Notes: generated from the sequence alone by a model not told the origin. 32,000 bases of DNA from an uncultured Alphaproteobacteria bacterium (GCA_963931495.1 OZ007020.1:750001-782000), one strand, 5' to 3'; counted from the stretch's first letter, positions 1 to 8,018 are shown. Translations and numbers: made by a program.

Positions 1-60
1 TGTTTTATTTTCTTCTTCTATCCGTTCCAACAGAACATAATTATGCAAAGGCTTGAACAT
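1..60 (-). CDS. groES: co-chaperonin GroES, first 20 codons only (gene runs off the left edge)
   Basis: Reverse-strand translation from the ATG at 60-58 gives MFKPLHNYVLLERIEEENKT. This fits the conserved GroES N-terminus pattern (PL..xV.V...E.E.KT). GGAG (72-69) lies 8 nt upstream of the ATG. The ORF is missing from the track because it is truncated. Confidence 0.6.
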   Translation of the reverse strand, partial: MFKPLHNYVLLERIEEENKT

Positions 61-111
61 ATTCATATCTCCTTTTAAGTTTTGTTCCAGTACACTTGTT
101 TCTGGGTATGG

Positions 112-139
112 ATATAGTGCGTTAAAACACGATTTCAAG
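112..139 (-). promoter_or_regulatory. RpoH (sigma-32)-type heat-shock promoter candidate for groES
   Basis: The minus strand reads CTTGAAA (139-133), then CTATAT (117-112). This gives CTTG-N18-CTATAT, close to the alphaproteobacterial RpoH consensus CTTG-N17/18-CYTATNT. I saw no CIRCE inverted repeat. Confidence 0.4.
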
Positions 140-198
140 GCTTGATTTTAATCCATTGTTATAATACGCTGGGACTTGTTCAGATAAAAGAGGAAACA

Positions 199-546
199 AT
201 GTACGATAATAATAATATTTTCGCAAAAATCATTCGTGGCGACGCCCCATCACGCAAGATTTATGAAGACGATTTTGCACTGGCATTTGATAACATTGCA
301 CCACGCGCAAAGACACACGTATTGGTCGTGCCCAAGGGTGAATACACCGATATATACGATTTTACCGCAAATGCACCCGCGGATTTACAGATTGGATTCT
401 GGGGCGCGGTTCGGAAAACAGTTGATACACTGGGACTGGGGAATAATTTCCGGATTGTTGCCAACACGGGCCCAGGCGCCGGCCAAAGTGTATTTCATTT
501 CCATGTGCATGTTATGAGTGATGAAAAATTCAAATCAGACTTTTAA
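199..546 (+). CDS. HIT (histidine triad) family nucleotide hydrolase
   Basis: The histidine triad HFHVHVM lies near the C-terminus, and the N-terminus has the typical IFAKIIRGD motif. I prefer the ATG at 199, which follows AGAGGAAA. The track's TTG at 142 adds a non-conserved extension. Confidence 0.9.
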   Translation: MYDNNNIFAKIIRGDAPSRKIYEDDFALAFDNIAPRAKTHVLVVPKGEYTDIYDFTANAPADLQIGFWGAVRKTVDTLGLGNNFRIVANTGPGAGQSVFHFHVHVMSDEKFKSDF

Positions 547-751
547 TGTTCGCGTTATCCCACGCGCACGAAAAGATGACATTACTGTTGACCCAGATGG
601 TACGTTGCGCGTGCATACAACCGCCGCCCCCACAGATGGGGCGGCGAATGATGCAGTTGTAAAAATAATTGCCAAACACTTTGATGTCGCAAAATCCCAG
701 GTTAAAATCATACGTGGCGCAACATCACGTAATAAAATAATTCAACTGTGA
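518..751 (+). CDS. DUF167 (YggU-like) small protein
   Basis: The 77-aa product has the DUF167-like pattern (V.V.P.A....I......L.V....P.DG.AN..V...IAK.F.V.KS.V.I..G..SR.K). It starts at GTG 518 or ATG 521 and overlaps the end of the HIT gene. Confidence 0.7.
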   Translation: MMKNSNQTFNVRVIPRARKDDITVDPDGTLRVHTTAAPTDGAANDAVVKIIAKHFDVAKSQVKIIRGATSRNKIIQL

Positions 752-1299
752 TAATTTAATATTAAATCAAATAATTCTGAAACATCCGCAGAACCATGAA
801 TGTTATAATCATGGATGCTTTCAATAAAACCACAGCGCTGCATATGAATAAACAGCCGCACAAACGGAATCCAGAACCCCGCCGTGTTCAAAAAGAACAG
901 TGGCTTTTGCGATTCACCAATTTGCTGCATTGTCATGATATCTGTTAATTCATTTAATGTACCAATCCCACCAGGCAAAATGATAAACGCATCAGACAAT
1001 TCAAACATACGTTGTTTACGTTCATTAACACCATCCACAATTTGAATTTCTATGCCATCATGTACTGGTTCTTGTTTTTCTATGACATTATTTGTGGACA
1101 CACCGATTACACGACCGCCATTTTCAATTACCGCTGATGCCACTGTACCCATTAATCCAACATCACCACCCCCAAACACCATACGCATATGATTGTCGGC
1201 CAGAAACTTGCCAATTTTTTTTGCGTCACGCGCATAGTCTGGATTTGTGCCAAATTGATGCCCACAATATACCGCGACCGATTTTAATATTCCTGCCAT
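742..1299 (-). CDS. LOG family protein (TIGR00730-type, cytokinin riboside 5'-monophosphate phosphoribohydrolase-like)
   Basis: The product carries GGGDVGLMG and the LOG signature PGGIGTLNE and is 185 aa long. AAAGGA lies upstream of the ATG. Confidence 0.85.
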   Translation of the reverse strand: MAGILKSVAVYCGHQFGTNPDYARDAKKIGKFLADNHMRMVFGGGDVGLMGTVASAVIENGGRVIGVSTNNVIEKQEPVHDGIEIQIVDGVNERKQRMFELSDAFIILPGGIGTLNELTDIMTMQQIGESQKPLFFLNTAGFWIPFVRLFIHMQRCGFIESIHDYNIHGSADVSELFDLILNYHS

Positions 1300-1349
1300 T
1301 TTTTATTTTTCCTTTATTTTTGCGAATTATATCATAAAATGGCATTACT

Positions 1350-2339
1350 ATGAATCAAAAGTTTGTGGATTTTATGCATAAATACGCCGGAATGCGGTTG
1401 GCCGTCGCGGTCAGTGGTGGCGTGGATTCTGTGTGTTTACTGTGCTGGATGGCCCAGATTGGTGCAAATGTGATATGCCTGCATGTAAATCACGGTTTGC
1501 GTGCCAATGCAGAAATTGAAACAGAATATGTACGCCATTTGTGCCATAAACTGGGCGTGGAATGCAAAATTTTTTATTGGACGGGGGATAAACCGTCAAC
1601 TGGACTGGAAGCGGCCGCCCGCGATGCACGATATAAATTCATGACTGATTTTTGCCATGAAAATAATATTGATGCACTGGTTACCGCACACCAGGCAGAC
1701 GATCAAATTGAAACATTTTTTATGAATCTGGGGCGCGGCAGTGGATTGTACGGCTTGGCGGCAATGCGCCCGGTTACATATCGCGATGGGGTAAAAATTC
1801 TGCGTCCGTTATTAAATGTACCGCGCACAGAACTGAAAAAATTCTGCGATGATAATGGTATTAAATATTTTACGGACGAAATGAACAGCGATCCGCATTA
1901 TACACGTGTTCGTATTCGCCAAAATCGTCATTTGGTTGGCGAAAAACTGGGAATCAGCGATGCGCGTATATTGTTGGCGATACAAAATCTGGGGCGGGTA
2001 CGCGATGCAATTGATGCGCGTGTCGCAGAAATGGTGGCGTCTGTTACAAATAACCGGCGTGCGATGTTTGTTGATTCTTTTCTGTTTGACCAATCACCAG
2101 ATATTAGATTAAAGTTGCTGGGGACATTGGTTCAAAAAATTGGGGGGAATGAATATCAACCACGCTTGAATTCGTTGTCAAATGCACTAGATAACTTACA
2201 ACACGATTGTAAATTTACGCTGGGGCATTGTACATTACGACGTCTGGGCGAAAAGATTTTAATCGTTCCCGAAGGTTCAAAAACAAGTTTCAGGACAAGA
2301 TATGGAAAAACAAAATCAGCAAGCACAAATAAAAAATAA
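1350..2339 (+). CDS. tilS: tRNA(Ile)-lysidine synthase
   Basis: The PP-loop motif SGGVDS lies near the N-terminus, followed by LHVNHGLR and HQADDQIET blocks. The conserved tilS-ftsH adjacency is present. Confidence 0.85.
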   Translation: MNQKFVDFMHKYAGMRLAVAVSGGVDSVCLLCWMAQIGANVICLHVNHGLRANAEIETEYVRHLCHKLGVECKIFYWTGDKPSTGLEAAARDARYKFMTDFCHENNIDALVTAHQADDQIETFFMNLGRGSGLYGLAAMRPVTYRDGVKILRPLLNVPRTELKKFCDDNGIKYFTDEMNSDPHYTRVRIRQNRHLVGEKLGISDARILLAIQNLGRVRDAIDARVAEMVASVTNNRRAMFVDSFLFDQSPDIRLKLLGTLVQKIGGNEYQPRLNSLSNALDNLQHDCKFTLGHCTLRRLGEKILIVPEGSKTSFRTRYGKTKSASTNKK

Positions 2340-4218
2340 AAAAATAAATCGGCCACGTCGTCGTGGTGATGGTTCGTTATTCTTGACAATATTTGCGGTA
2401 CTGTTTATCGCGATGATGGCGCGTTCTTTTATCGGTGGCACATCGGCACCGCAAGTAATGCCAAATGGTCAACCAACGCCCCCGCCGGTTGAATTAACAT
2501 TTTCCGATGTACTGCGTCGTGCCCCAGAAATTAAAACTATGGAAATTCGTGGCAACGATGCATCTGGTACATTAAATGATGGCACACCGTATACTGCAAC
2601 AATAACATATGACCCGGAATTGTTAAGTAAAATTGCAGAAAACGGTGCAACGGTATCAATTAATACGTCAAAAACATGGGTTGATTACCTGGGGACATGG
2701 GTGCCTATTTTAATGGGACTGTTCTTTATATGGTGGTTGTTCCGTGGGTTAAAGGGCGGCGCCGGCGGTATCAGCCGCAGTCTGGCCCAGCAAAATCCAA
2801 CAAAAATAACAACCGGTAAAACAAAAACAACGTTCAAGGATGTTGCCGGAATTGATTCAGAAAAACAAGAATTAATGGAAATTGTGGATTTTCTGAAAAA
2901 TAAAGAAAAATTCAAAGACGTTGGTGCACGTGTACCACGTGGAATATTGCTGTCTGGCGAACCAGGAACAGGAAAAACACTGTTGGCACGCGCCATTGCC
3001 GGCGAAGCAAACGTACCATTTTTTGCCGCATCTGGCAGTGATTTTTCCGGTATTATTGTCGGATTGGGGGTTGCAAAAATCAAAGAAATATTTGATATGG
3101 CAAAGCGTCATGCACCGTGCATTCTGTTCATTGATGAAATTGATGCTATTGGTCAGCGACGCAGTACGCATTCATATAACGACCAAGATCGTGAACAAAC
3201 ACTGAATCAATTACTGATTGAAATGGACGGTTTTTCAAATGACACGGGCATAATCGTCATTGGTGCAACAAATCGTGCAGATATGCTGGATCCGGCATTG
3301 TTGCGTCCCGGCCGTTTTGATCGCCAGGTATATATTGAATTACCTGATTTGGCGGGACGGCGCGAAATTTTGGACCTGTATGCGACCAAGGTCAAAATTG
3401 CCCCGGATGTTAACCTGCAAGATTTGGCACGTGGAACGACCGGATTTTCTGGGGCGGATTTGGAAAACCTGTTGAACGAAGCGGCGTTGCTGGCGGTGCG
3501 TAACAATCGTACAGAAATTGCACCCGCAGATGTTGAAGAAGCACGCGATAAAATACTGATGGGGCCACGCAAAGTTCGCAAAATGCGCCCCGAAGATATT
3601 AAACTGACCGCATATCACGAAGCCGGTCATGCATTCGTCAGTGTTATGTATGCGGATGTAACCGACCCAATACACAAGGCGACAATTATTCCGCGTGGAC
3701 GGGCGCTGGGGATGGTTCAACACTTGCCAATTGATGATAAAGTTTCAATGACAATCGCCGAAGTGCGCGCAAATCTGGCCGTCGCACTGGCCGGGCGCAG
3801 CGCCGAAGAAATTTTCTTTGGTTCAGACAAAATTACCACTGGCGCCGAAAGCGATATTGCAATGGCAACGCGATTGGCACGATATTCAATTACAACCGCG
3901 GGGCTGTCACGTAAAATTGGATTGGCGGCAATAAACCAGGTTAATAATTTCGGCAATCGTACAGCGTTGGAAAATGCGTCTGAAAAAACCGCAGAAATGG
4001 TGGATGCCGAAGTGCGGGAATGGCTGGATGCGGCACATGATGATGCGACAAAACTGTTATCAAAAAATAAAGACACTGTTCGCAAATTGGCCGAAGAATT
4101 GTTGGCACGCGAAACACTGACAGGTGCAGAAATCAAAGAAATTGTTATGGGCGCATCAAAAAAAACAACATCACAGAAAAAATCAGATAAAGCACGCAAA
4201 AATGCAAAATCAAAATAA
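2302..4218 (+). CDS. ftsH: ATP-dependent zinc metalloprotease FtsH
   Basis: The product has an N-terminal TM segment, Walker A GEPGTGKT, Walker B ILFIDEIDA, the SRH region, and the zinc motif HEAGH. Confidence 0.97.
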   Translation: MEKQNQQAQIKNKKINRPRRRGDGSLFLTIFAVLFIAMMARSFIGGTSAPQVMPNGQPTPPPVELTFSDVLRRAPEIKTMEIRGNDASGTLNDGTPYTATITYDPELLSKIAENGATVSINTSKTWVDYLGTWVPILMGLFFIWWLFRGLKGGAGGISRSLAQQNPTKITTGKTKTTFKDVAGIDSEKQELMEIVDFLKNKEKFKDVGARVPRGILLSGEPGTGKTLLARAIAGEANVPFFAASGSDFSGIIVGLGVAKIKEIFDMAKRHAPCILFIDEIDAIGQRRSTHSYNDQDREQTLNQLLIEMDGFSNDTGIIVIGATNRADMLDPALLRPGRFDRQVYIELPDLAGRREILDLYATKVKIAPDVNLQDLARGTTGFSGADLENLLNEAALLAVRNNRTEIAPADVEEARDKILMGPRKVRKMRPEDIKLTAYHEAGHAFVSVMYADVTDPIHKATIIPRGRALGMVQHLPIDDKVSMTIAEVRANLAVALAGRSAEEIFFGSDKITTGAESDIAMATRLARYSITTAGLSRKIGLAAINQVNNFGNRTALENASEKTAEMVDAEVREWLDAAHDDATKLLSKNKDTVRKLAEELLARETLTGAEIKEIVMGASKKTTSQKKSDKARKNAKSK

Positions 4219-4849
4219 CGAACCAAAATTTGAAATACTGCATATGCCCCCAGAAAACACGAATTCTGTGTTGGTGTCAGTGGGCGATGATGCGGTTATA
4301 TTTGACCCATGGGGACATCCAGAAAGTTGGCAAAAATTGATTGAACAACGTGGATTAAAACTGCGCGCGATATATATTACCCATGGGCACAGTGACCACA
4401 TTTCATCCGCACCAAAATTGGCCACAGAATACGATGTGCCATGGTACATGAATCATGCAGATAACGATTTAGTCATGTGGGGTAATCAATTATTGGATTT
4501 TTTCCAGATTCCACGCATTGAACCCGGATATCGCCAACCAACAGATATTGGTGCCGGCACGCGCGAAATATTGCATGGTGTGAAAATGGATGTTATTGAA
4601 ACCCCGGGGCATTCGGCCGGTGGATTAACGTTTTACTTTCCTGACTTTGGCATATTATTAACAGGTGACACACTGTTCCGCGACTGTGTTGGCCGCTGTG
4701 ATTTGCCCGGCGGGGATGAAAACACACTGAAACAATCAATATCAAAAATATATGAAATGGGGTTGCCGGATTCAACATATGTTGTACATGGTCACGGAAT
4801 TGATTCAACAATTGAAATTCTGAAAAAACAAAATCCATATTTTGAATAA
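4202..4849 (+). CDS. MBL-fold metallo-hydrolase (glyoxalase II-like)
   Basis: The HxHxDH motif is present as THGHSDH, with downstream TPGHSAGG and a GD..F block. I prefer the ATG at 4202. The upstream part of the track ORF lies inside the ftsH coding region. Confidence 0.8.
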   Translation: MQNQNNEPKFEILHMPPENTNSVLVSVGDDAVIFDPWGHPESWQKLIEQRGLKLRAIYITHGHSDHISSAPKLATEYDVPWYMNHADNDLVMWGNQLLDFFQIPRIEPGYRQPTDIGAGTREILHGVKMDVIETPGHSAGGLTFYFPDFGILLTGDTLFRDCVGRCDLPGGDENTLKQSISKIYEMGLPDSTYVVHGHGIDSTIEILKKQNPYFE

Positions 4850-4879
4850 AAAAGTCCCCGCCGTGGGAGATAGCGGGGA
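4848..4879 (-). terminator. Rho-independent terminator of the Cys-rich gene pair
   Basis: Stem tccccgc (4855-4861) pairs with gcgggga (4873-4879) around an 11-nt loop. On the minus strand a T-run (plus A-run 4848-4853) follows the stem. The site lies between convergent genes. Confidence 0.6.
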
Positions 4880-4897
4880 TAAAAACCAGCATGCATA

Positions 4898-5539
4898 TTA
4901 ATTTTGATAATACGCGGCCCCGGTACACGACCAAGATCCGGTACTGTCACTGCCGGTCAGACCGGTAACATAGCATGATGTGATTGATTCTGCCCCAGAA
5001 CCAGATGTTGTTCCGCCACCACTGCATTGGGTACAGCCGGTGTAATTGCCAATCATTTGCATCGCTGGTGGCGTTCCCCACCAACCTTTGGCACAACGAT
5101 ATGAAGATTTTTTGGAACATGTGCATGTTGACGTATTGCATGTCGCATCAGTAACATATTCGTATCCTGTGGCGGGCGATGTCACCGAATCAAGACAATT
5201 ATCACATGTGCCATCACAATCATCACCGCCACCGATATCACCACCCTGTTTTACACAGTCGTAATATGTCCCCGTATTGGCACACGGTGATACCAACTGT
5301 ACTGTTTTCCGTGTTCGGGTGTATCCGCTGTTGCATGTGGTACATGATTCAATTTTGTTATTCGTGCTGCCGCCCCAACAACTGACTGTTTTTGTTTTGC
5401 AATTCAAAACACGTACCATCGGCGTTGTTGTATCCCCTGTTTGACAGGCCTGGTCTGAACATGCCATACCCAACGCCCACGCATTTGATGTCAGCGCACC
5501 CCCGCAAATAATTGTTAAAAATATTGTGAACTTTTTCAT
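4898..5539 (-). CDS. secreted cysteine-rich protein, paralog A (function unknown)
   Basis: The signal peptide is MKKFTIFLTIICGGALTSNAWA. The mature part contains about 19 Cys. It aligns by motif with the upstream gene: TC.SGY.R, DDCDGTCD.C, TGY.Y...ATCNT..C.C, WGTP, GCT.C, SIT.CY and GSDS.GSW. Confidence 0.75.
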   Translation of the reverse strand: MKKFTIFLTIICGGALTSNAWALGMACSDQACQTGDTTTPMVRVLNCKTKTVSCWGGSTNNKIESCTTCNSGYTRTRKTVQLVSPCANTGTYYDCVKQGGDIGGGDDCDGTCDNCLDSVTSPATGYEYVTDATCNTSTCTCSKKSSYRCAKGWWGTPPAMQMIGNYTGCTQCSGGGTTSGSGAESITSCYVTGLTGSDSTGSWSCTGAAYYQN

Positions 5540-5560
5540 ATTCTGATTTTTTCCCCCCCA

Positions 5561-6325
5561 TCAATAGAAACAATTTCCGCCTTCAATCACCCACGACCCG
5601 GAACTGTCACTGCCAACGGTTCCATTGGGTAAATAGCATGCAGTAATTGACGTACTGCCCGCCATACAGCGCGCGGTATCAGGGGCGCACCGTGTACACC
5701 CAGATGTCAGTGATACATTCGGGGTTCCCCAATAATTTGGGGCACACTGTGTGTGCCTGTCTTTGGTGCATTCACATAAATCCGTGTTACATGTTGCAAC
5801 GGTGCGGTATTGATATCCTGTATTGTATGTTTGCCACGGTGTACTGGTACAATCGTCGCACGTGCCATCACAGTCATCTGGCGCGCCTGGATATTTGCAA
5901 TCGGTATATGAAACCGTGTTTGTACATTCGCCATTCAGTTTTATTGTTCGTGTTACGCGTTCGTAACCCGATTTGCACGTATTACATGTCGCAACCGCCG
6001 CACTGGTTGTTGCCAGATTTTGGCCATAGCATGTCATGCTGGACGCCATGCAATTACGCAATATATTATCAGGCACAACTTCGTCAGAACAGCCCCGGGG
6101 TTGGCATACCTGGCCTGTTGTACCACCGCCACCAACACCACCGCTGCCACCGCCGGGATTTGTGGGGTCGGTGCCACTGCCACCTTCGTTGCCGCCAACG
6201 TCACCACCAGATGAACTGATTGCATATGCAGTATCAATATGCGCCACAGTGCATAAAAGTGCGGTAATGCATACCAATGAAATTAATGCACGCGCCGAAT
6301 CTAAACCTCCGTTTAGATTCGGCAA
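5561..6325 (-). CDS. secreted cysteine-rich protein, paralog B (function unknown); start codon uncertain
   Basis: A hydrophobic signal-like segment ends in TAYA. A Gly-rich linker follows, then about 20 Cys with the same motif order as paralog A. The track start TTG 6325 lies inside the conserved upstream element. An alternative in-frame TTG lies at 6277. Confidence 0.7.
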   Translation of the reverse strand: MPNLNGGLDSARALISLVCITALLCTVAHIDTAYAISSSGGDVGGNEGGSGTDPTNPGGGSGGVGGGGTTGQVCQPRGCSDEVVPDNILRNCMASSMTCYGQNLATTSAAVATCNTCKSGYERVTRTIKLNGECTNTVSYTDCKYPGAPDDCDGTCDDCTSTPWQTYNTGYQYRTVATCNTDLCECTKDRHTQCAPNYWGTPNVSLTSGCTRCAPDTARCMAGSTSITACYLPNGTVGSDSSGSWVIEGGNCFY

Positions 6326-6422
6326 AATACGAGAGATAAAAAATGCAGAAATCTGGGATTTTTACAAAAATAAAAACCGCCGCTGTAAACGGAGGTTTAG
6401 ATTCGGCATAAATATTACACCC
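6294..6422 (-). repeat. conserved ~129-bp element, copy 1, 5' of the Cys-rich operon (candidate regulatory switch or structured leader)
   Basis: 6294-6314 (gccgaatctaaacctccgttt) is the perfect reverse complement of 6387-6407. A local 13-bp palindrome spans 6294-6306 and 6311-6323. The direct repeat gtttagattcggc occurs at 6311 and 6395. By hand alignment the element shows about 16 differences in ~129 positions against 18865-18992. Confidence 0.8.
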
Positions 6423-6459
6423 AAAATAGTAATATATTTATTGCATTCGCGTCAATAAA

Positions 6460-7227
6460 TTAATGTATTTTTTGTGAATTTTGCATGATTTTTTGGTATG
6501 CCGCCGACCATTCGCCATGGGCACGCATTAAACGTTTTGCAATAAAATCAACTGGCTGGTGTGCACCAATATATATTTCCGTGCCGCCGGGCCCATTATC
6601 AACAATAAATCCGCGTGTTACAGACATGGAATCCAGATACGCAAACATCGGCAAATGTTCAACGTTTACACGTTCCATATCCAGTTTTTGATGATTATCC
6701 GATGATATCTGGACACATTCGCGCGTCATTGCCGGCGGCGTGTGAAATACAGGGACTGTTTTGCACTGAATTTTTGATTGAATTTTCTTGCGATACTGGT
6801 TGCTGCCACGCATAACTGCACGGTATCCGTGTTTTTCATAAAAACGACATGATTTTAACAATGATACTAAATCCAACAGCCGCGCGCCCATTGCACCAGC
6901 AGATTCAGCATATTTTAACAATTGCCCCCCGATGTTGTTTGACATGCATTCTGGTAATACATACAATCCGCGTATTGTTGCAACGCGATTAACACAATCG
7001 CCATTTACAAATCCCACAATATCAGAACCATTATATGCCCCAAACGCAAAATTAAATCCACGGCGACGCCACACCGCGGCGTATTCTGCACGGGCGTCAT
7101 CGCGTTCATTTTGGGTCATATTATGATTGTAAACATGCTGCATCGCAGATGCACGTATACGTAAAAAATCGTCCCAGATATTCGGGGCCGCTTGGTTAAA
7201 AATTGGTAAAATATTTATATCAGTCAT
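6460..7227 (-). CDS. GNAT family N-acetyltransferase with an uncharacterised C-terminal extension
   Basis: The N-terminal half shows a GNAT motif A-like block (IRGLYVLPECMSNNIGGQLLKYAE ... FYEKHGY). I did not recognise the C-terminal ~100 aa. Confidence 0.5.
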   Translation of the reverse strand: MTDINILPIFNQAAPNIWDDFLRIRASAMQHVYNHNMTQNERDDARAEYAAVWRRRGFNFAFGAYNGSDIVGFVNGDCVNRVATIRGLYVLPECMSNNIGGQLLKYAESAGAMGARLLDLVSLLKSCRFYEKHGYRAVMRGSNQYRKKIQSKIQCKTVPVFHTPPAMTRECVQISSDNHQKLDMERVNVEHLPMFAYLDSMSVTRGFIVDNGPGGTEIYIGAHQPVDFIAKRLMRAHGEWSAAYQKIMQNSQKIH

Positions 7228-7237
7228 AACGTGTCCT

Positions 7238-7266
7238 TATATAGTACAAAAATATATTTTAGTCAA
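7238..7266 (-). promoter_or_regulatory. sigma-70-type promoter candidate for the GNAT gene
   Basis: The minus strand reads TTGACT (7266-7261), a 17-nt spacer, then TATATA (7243-7238). AAGGAC lies before the ATG at 7227. Confidence 0.45.
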
Positions 7267-7286
7267 GCACAAATATAAATTTTTTA

Positions 7287-8018
7287 TTATTCAAAAAAAT
7301 CTATTTGCAGATTGCCAAAATCGCCATGGGTTGCATTGGGAACAACGATTATATCGTCATAATCCGCAATCCGGGTGGTTAATTCATATGGCACGGTATC
7401 ATCATCGGTACCGACATAATGAATCTGGGGGACATCTGGTAAAACAGTCATGTCCAGTGATTTATCCAATGGCGCATCACCAAAATATTCAGACCATTCA
7501 GTATGATTCAAAACCCCGGCAATCGTTATCCATTGGCGCACATCAATATCGGGATTCTGCAAAATTACCAACCCTGATACCATTGCCCCACCCGAATATC
7601 CAATCAAGACAACCGGGCGGGCGGGCGCAACATATCGTATCGCATTTGCCATTGCATCAATAATCTGGGGTGAAAAACGTCCATCTGTCCAATCTGAAAC
7701 ACGGCAAATATCTGACATAATAAACTGGCACGGGCGCGCAATATATACAACATTTGGTGCCGTATCAGACATCGCCAAATCACGCATAAATGTGCCATGT
7801 GGCGTTGGGTCGCGCGTCGGCACACCGCGACCATCAAACGCGTGACCGTCACCTTCCAAATAAATATGAATTACAGAACTGTCATCCGTGATTTTCTGCC
7901 ACGATGCGATTTCATACCCACCGGCATGAATTGGCATGTATACAAAATCATCCGGCGCAACCCAACCAGATACACACCCACACAATAAAAATACAGATAA
8001 AATTGCGTAACGCAACAT
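7287..8018 (-). CDS. alpha/beta-hydrolase fold lipoprotein
   Basis: The N-terminus MLRYAILSVFLLCGC has a lipobox-like LCGC. The nucleophile elbow is GYSGGA. The later Asp (GTDDDTVP) and His (NATHGDF) come in catalytic-triad order. Confidence 0.6.
   Translation of the reverse strand: MLRYAILSVFLLCGCVSGWVAPDDFVYMPIHAGGYEIASWQKITDDSSVIHIYLEGDGHAFDGRGVPTRDPTPHGTFMRDLAMSDTAPNVVYIARPCQFIMSDICRVSDWTDGRFSPQIIDAMANAIRYVAPARPVVLIGYSGGAMVSGLVILQNPDIDVRQWITIAGVLNHTEWSEYFGDAPLDKSLDMTVLPDVPQIHYVGTDDDTVPYELTTRIADYDDIIVVPNATHGDFGNLQIDFFE

Noticed and set aside
142-198. N-terminal extensions offered by the track (HIT from 142, MBL from 4124, secG from 9795, ackA from 20363)
   Set aside because: In each case an internal ATG with a proper SD begins exactly where family-conserved sequence starts. 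The extensions either overlap the upstream gene or lack conservation.
3717-4226. 169-aa minus-strand ORF (and other long antisense ORFs inside ftsH, the PBP gene, recG, rne and ackA)
   Set aside because: All of these lie antisense to genes with unambiguous catalytic motifs. None has start signals or recognisable domains.
5647-6219. 190-aa plus-strand ORF rich in His, Cys and Arg
   Set aside because: It lies entirely antisense to paralog B, whose frame is supported by paralog alignment and a signal peptide. It is a composition-driven shadow ORF.
6311-6325. GGAGG in the element hairpin loop as the Shine-Dalgarno, and TTG 6325 as the true start of paralog B
   Set aside because: Copy 2 of the element has GTGG at the same place, and its equivalent frame contains a stop. 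The GGAGG and the TTG are therefore more likely parts of a structural or repeat element. I keep 6325 only as the track coordinate, with an alternative start at 6277.
6294-6422. Element as a MITE or IS remnant
   Set aside because: I see no target-site duplication, no transposase, and only two copies. Both copies are in the same position and orientation relative to paralogous genes. I cannot fully exclude this without a genome-wide count.
6036-6458. 140-aa plus-strand ORF with a Pro-rich stretch (PPPPTPPLPPPG...)
   Set aside because: It is antisense to Cys-rich paralog B. The Pro run is simply the complement of Gly (GGN) codons. The ORF also runs through the conserved non-coding element. It has no SD or signal features.
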